DNA of 63,306 nt, filler included, from Licmophora abbreviata (taxonomy: Eukaryota), in the NCBI GenBank assembly GCA_900291995.1. It is 16 parts of 16 records of this genome, joined end to end, with 100 filler letters (N's around TTAATTAATTAA, not from the genome) between each part and the next. Parts side by side here need not be neighbours in the genome. Positions count along the whole stretch, not along the records: positions 59,939 to 63,306 come from OLMU01002138.1; 15 more parts are not named here. One strand, 5' to 3'. Under the pieces are notes generated by a model. It saw only the letters and a list, made by a program, of their open reading frames with translations. It searched no databases and was not told where the DNA came from. Positions 60,202-63,306 of the stretch are shown piece by piece (the stretch's first letter is position 1; each line of letters begins with the position of its first letter). The position numbers were made by a program, and so were the translations under genes.

Positions 60202-60530
60202 ACAGCATCTTCGGGGATATTGTGATGGCGATCGACGTTGCAGTCGTCGCGTCACTCTTTTACTTTTGTTACACCGTGAGATACTATTCGTACCGCCGGT
60301 ACCATCAAAGTTCAAAGTTCGCGGATTGAGTCACGCGTGAGTGAGTCATCAGTCACACAGTCATCTTTCTTGCGAAGAACGCATCCAAATTTCAAATTGA
60401 AGCAAATTGATGATGCGATGTGGTACGTGTTCAGGTATGCGTACGCACTCGAATAGTTTCTCACAAGATCACAGCTCACAACAATTGAGAACGCTGCACT
60501 GTTGCCGTTTGCCATATCAACTTTTCTACG

Positions 60531-61284
60531 ATGAAGTTCACCGCCACCGTCATTGCTCTCGTCGGCTCTGCGTCCGCGTTTGCTCCGGCTCCATCCCAGA
60601 AGGCCTCCAGTGCCCTGAAGGTATGTTGTTCCAGTCTCGAATTCAATGTAGTCTAGTACGGCGCTGTTCGAGATCTGAAGGATACGCCTCAGCCAAGATA
60701 TTCGTAATCTCCTCACACGCCCGTCCCCTTTTGCCTCTTCACAGTTCTCGATTGATGACCTGCCGGGAGCTCTTCCTCCGGTCGGACTCTTTGATCCGCT
60801 TGGATTTGCCGACCAGGCTGATGGACCCACCCTCAAGCGCTACCGCGAGGCCGAACTCGCCCATGGACGTGTCTCCATGCTTGCCGTCGTTGGTTTCCTC
60901 GTCGGAGAGAAGGTCGAAGGAAGTTCCTTCCTCTTTGACGCCCAGGTCTCTGGACCTGCCATTACTCACCTTGGACAGGTCCCTCCCGTCTTCTGGGCCT
61001 TGCTCACCATCGCCATTGGCGCCGCCGAGCAGAAGCGTCTCGTCACGGGCTGGACCGACCCCGCCGACGTCCCCGTCTCCCAGCCCGGTCTTCTCAACGA
61101 GGACTACTACCCTGGGGACATTGGTTTTGACCCACTCGGCCTCAAGCCAACCGATCCGGAGGAACTCGAGACGATTCAGACCAAGGAGCTCCAGAACGGA
61201 CGCCTTGCGATGCTCGCCGCTGCGGGTTTCATGGCTCAGGAGTTGGTGAACGGAAAGGGCATCCTTGAGAACCTCCAGGGCTAA
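60531..61284 (+). CDS. LHCX: Light-harvesting complex stress-related protein LHCX (intron 60621-60744)
   Basis: ASA-FAP presequence, FDPLG, YREAELAHGRVSMLA, GEKVEGSSFLFDAQVSGPAITHL, PGDIGFDPLG, KELQNGRLAML. Confidence 0.95.
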
Positions 61285-61641
61285 GCACAACTACCGAGCA
61301 AGCGATGATTGTACGATTGTGAAACCTACCTAGACTATAACATAGCTAGCCAAGTCGTAGTTACTCGCTAAGACATTGAGACCGTCTCATGTCTTATCTA
61401 TTTACACAGGGGTACATACCCCCTGCTATTTACCCGCAGCAATCTAAGGCGAGAACTCGTGCGGAGCGCGTGCCCTGAAATGATGTGGGTTCTGATGGTT
61501 TTTGGAGCGACTTATGACGCCGACGTTGAGACGAGAGAGGTAGCCACATCGACGATGGTTGAGGAGAATACGGTGTCCTGGTCTCGCTAGATTGCTATAG
61601 ATTGCGATACGGTACACATCGACGAAATCGAAAACACGTGT

Positions 61642-63130
61642 ATGATGAGCGAGATCGAGACGGAAGCGGAGCGGAACATGCGACAATCCGCGTCTGTTCC
61701 ATTTTACAAGATCTGCTTGACGGGCGGTCCTTGTGCAGGAAAGGTAAAGGCTTTCTTGTTACAGGAGTAGTACCTATGTCCCCTTTTCGTGTCTCACTTT
61801 CCGGTTTTGTATCATACGTAGACGACGGCCCTTGCGCGTGTCTCCAGCTATCTGCGAGAACGAGGTTTCGAGTGCTTCACGGCGCCAGAAGGTATGGCTT
61901 GCAAGTCAGCCTGCTTCCATTTGGAACAATAACCGTTCATGATCGATACACATTAACAAGCTCCTTACCTTCTTCTCCCACACAGTATTTTCCGTTGTTG
62001 TTAAAAATGGCTTTACACTGGATTACTTTTCCACAGAGGGAATGGACGTTGTCTGTCAGAACACCGTCTTTGATCTGCAGCTTAGCGTGGAGGACGGGAT
62101 GGAAAACTTGCTAAGGGCCAGGGGCATGCCTGCTGTGCTCCTGTGTGATCGCGGATTGATGGATGGGGCCGCGTACATGCCCGCAGAATCGTGGAACAAC
62201 CTGCTAAAAGAGCGGAAGACGGATGTGACCGAGTTTCGTGAAGGTCGCTACAATGCGGTCTACTGCATGGTGACGGCAGCCGAGGGAGCCGAACAGTACT
62301 ACACATTGGAAAATAACGAGGTCAGATCTGAAACGCCTGAAGAAGCCCGTGTTATGGATCTTAAAACGCAAAAGGCATGGGTTGGACATCCTGCCATGTA
62401 TGTCATTGACAACTCGACCGACTTTGAGGGCAAGCTGCAAAGATTAGTCGAGTCTGTTGCCCGTTTCGTGGGCTTGCCATCGAACCTGTCTAGGACAACC
62501 GCAAAATTTTTGTTGCGGGGACGGCCTAGGCTCGATAGCTTTCCCAATGACGTGGCCTACCACGTCTTTGATGTGGAAAAGGTATACTTGGTCAGTCAGG
62601 TCTCTCCCGTAGGACAAGACGATGCTGGCGAAGAATACACGTTCATGCGAAAGCGTACCAACGTTGCGAGAGACGGAACTCGTTTGGGATCAGTGTATGG
62701 ATTGACGACTTTGCAGCGCACAGTGGAGGGTCAGACGATTGAGCGAAAACGTATTATTTCGGCGCGAGAGTATGCCTCATCGTGGAAACAGCGAGACTTG
62801 TCGCGACATATTGTGAAGCAGCAGCGCATTAGCTTCCTATACAAGCTGCAGGCGTTTAACATTCACGTGAGTCGAGGATGAGCTGTAGGGAGCATCGGTT
62901 GAGTGGGAGCTGGTGTGTCTCACTCTGTGTTGTTTCTCACGTAGATCTACGAAGAGCCCGTATCGGATGTTTGCATTCTGCATGCACAAGTGGAAACGCG
63001 CGAGAATGATGATTGCAAGGTGGAGCTTCCTCCATTCTTAGAAGTGGCACGACAGCTACAAGATACGCGTGAGGATACTGAAAAGTACGGTGCGTTTAGC
63101 ATATCGGTGATTGACAAGGAGGAAGAGTAG
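61642..63130 (+). CDS. AAA_28 (NadR/Ttd14-like) P-loop protein with CYTH-like C-terminus (introns 61744-61821, 61892-61985, 62867-62944)
   Basis: KICLTGGPCAGKTT, LLCDRGLMDG, RYNAV..MVTAAEGA, NNEVRSET, AWVGHP, IDNSTDFEGK, VELPPFL. Introns keep the frame. Confidence 0.88.
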
Positions 63131-63193
63131 GAGACTAATATAGCTATATGATGGGAACGTAAGAACAAGCAACTAGCGGGAAGGTTCTCGTCC

Positions 63194-63306
63194 TTACTTG
63201 TCATCCTTTTCGACAAACTCGGCATCGATCACGTCGTTCCTATTCTCTGGATTCTTGCCCAAGCTGGATGATGGCTTCCCAGAAGCAAAGGGACTTGCGC
63301 TCGTGC
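63194..63306 (-). CDS. C-terminal end of a gene running off the window (...NDVIDAEFVEKDDK*)
   Basis: Open frame ending in a DVIDAEF-type acidic tail and TAA, convergent with the previous gene. Confidence 0.5.
   Translation of the reverse strand, partial: TSASPFASGKPSSSLGKNPENRNDVIDAEFVEKDDK

Noticed and set aside
60407..61249. 280-aa and other overlapping or antisense ORFs across the window
   Set aside because: Shadow frames of well-supported genes (here LHCX), with no motifs of their own.

Overview
Gene-dense eukaryotic nuclear DNA, most likely from a diatom or closely related ochrophyte. The evidence is short GT-AG introns of about 80-155 nt, bipartite ASAFAP-type plastid presequences, an LHCX gene and a CHASE-cyclase-PDE fusion. 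The window is a scaffold with 15 artificial 100-nt spacers (44 N + TTAATTAATTAA + 44 N). Several spacers fall inside genes and close in frame when removed. About 30 protein-coding genes can be modelled, and I saw no rRNA, tRNA, CRISPR array or transposon. Highlights: (1) a secretory-pathway protein fusing two SET domains to two tandem 2OG/Fe(II)-oxygenase-like domains, ending in an ER-retention-like YDDL, a candidate silaffin-type lysine methylase/hydroxylase; (2) a bacterial-type multi-domain AA10 LPMO with a GbpA-like domain and two spliceosomal introns, probably a domesticated horizontal transfer; (3) a FANCM helicase with added RanBP2 finger, PHD fingers and an RPA-binding tail; (4) a nardilysin-like peptidase with a Tudor-like insert; (5) two paralogous atypical kinases, one with a plastid-type presequence; (6) a decayed tandem copy of the 3' end of an aspartyl protease gene. 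All family assignments come from motif recognition by eye, not from database searches.
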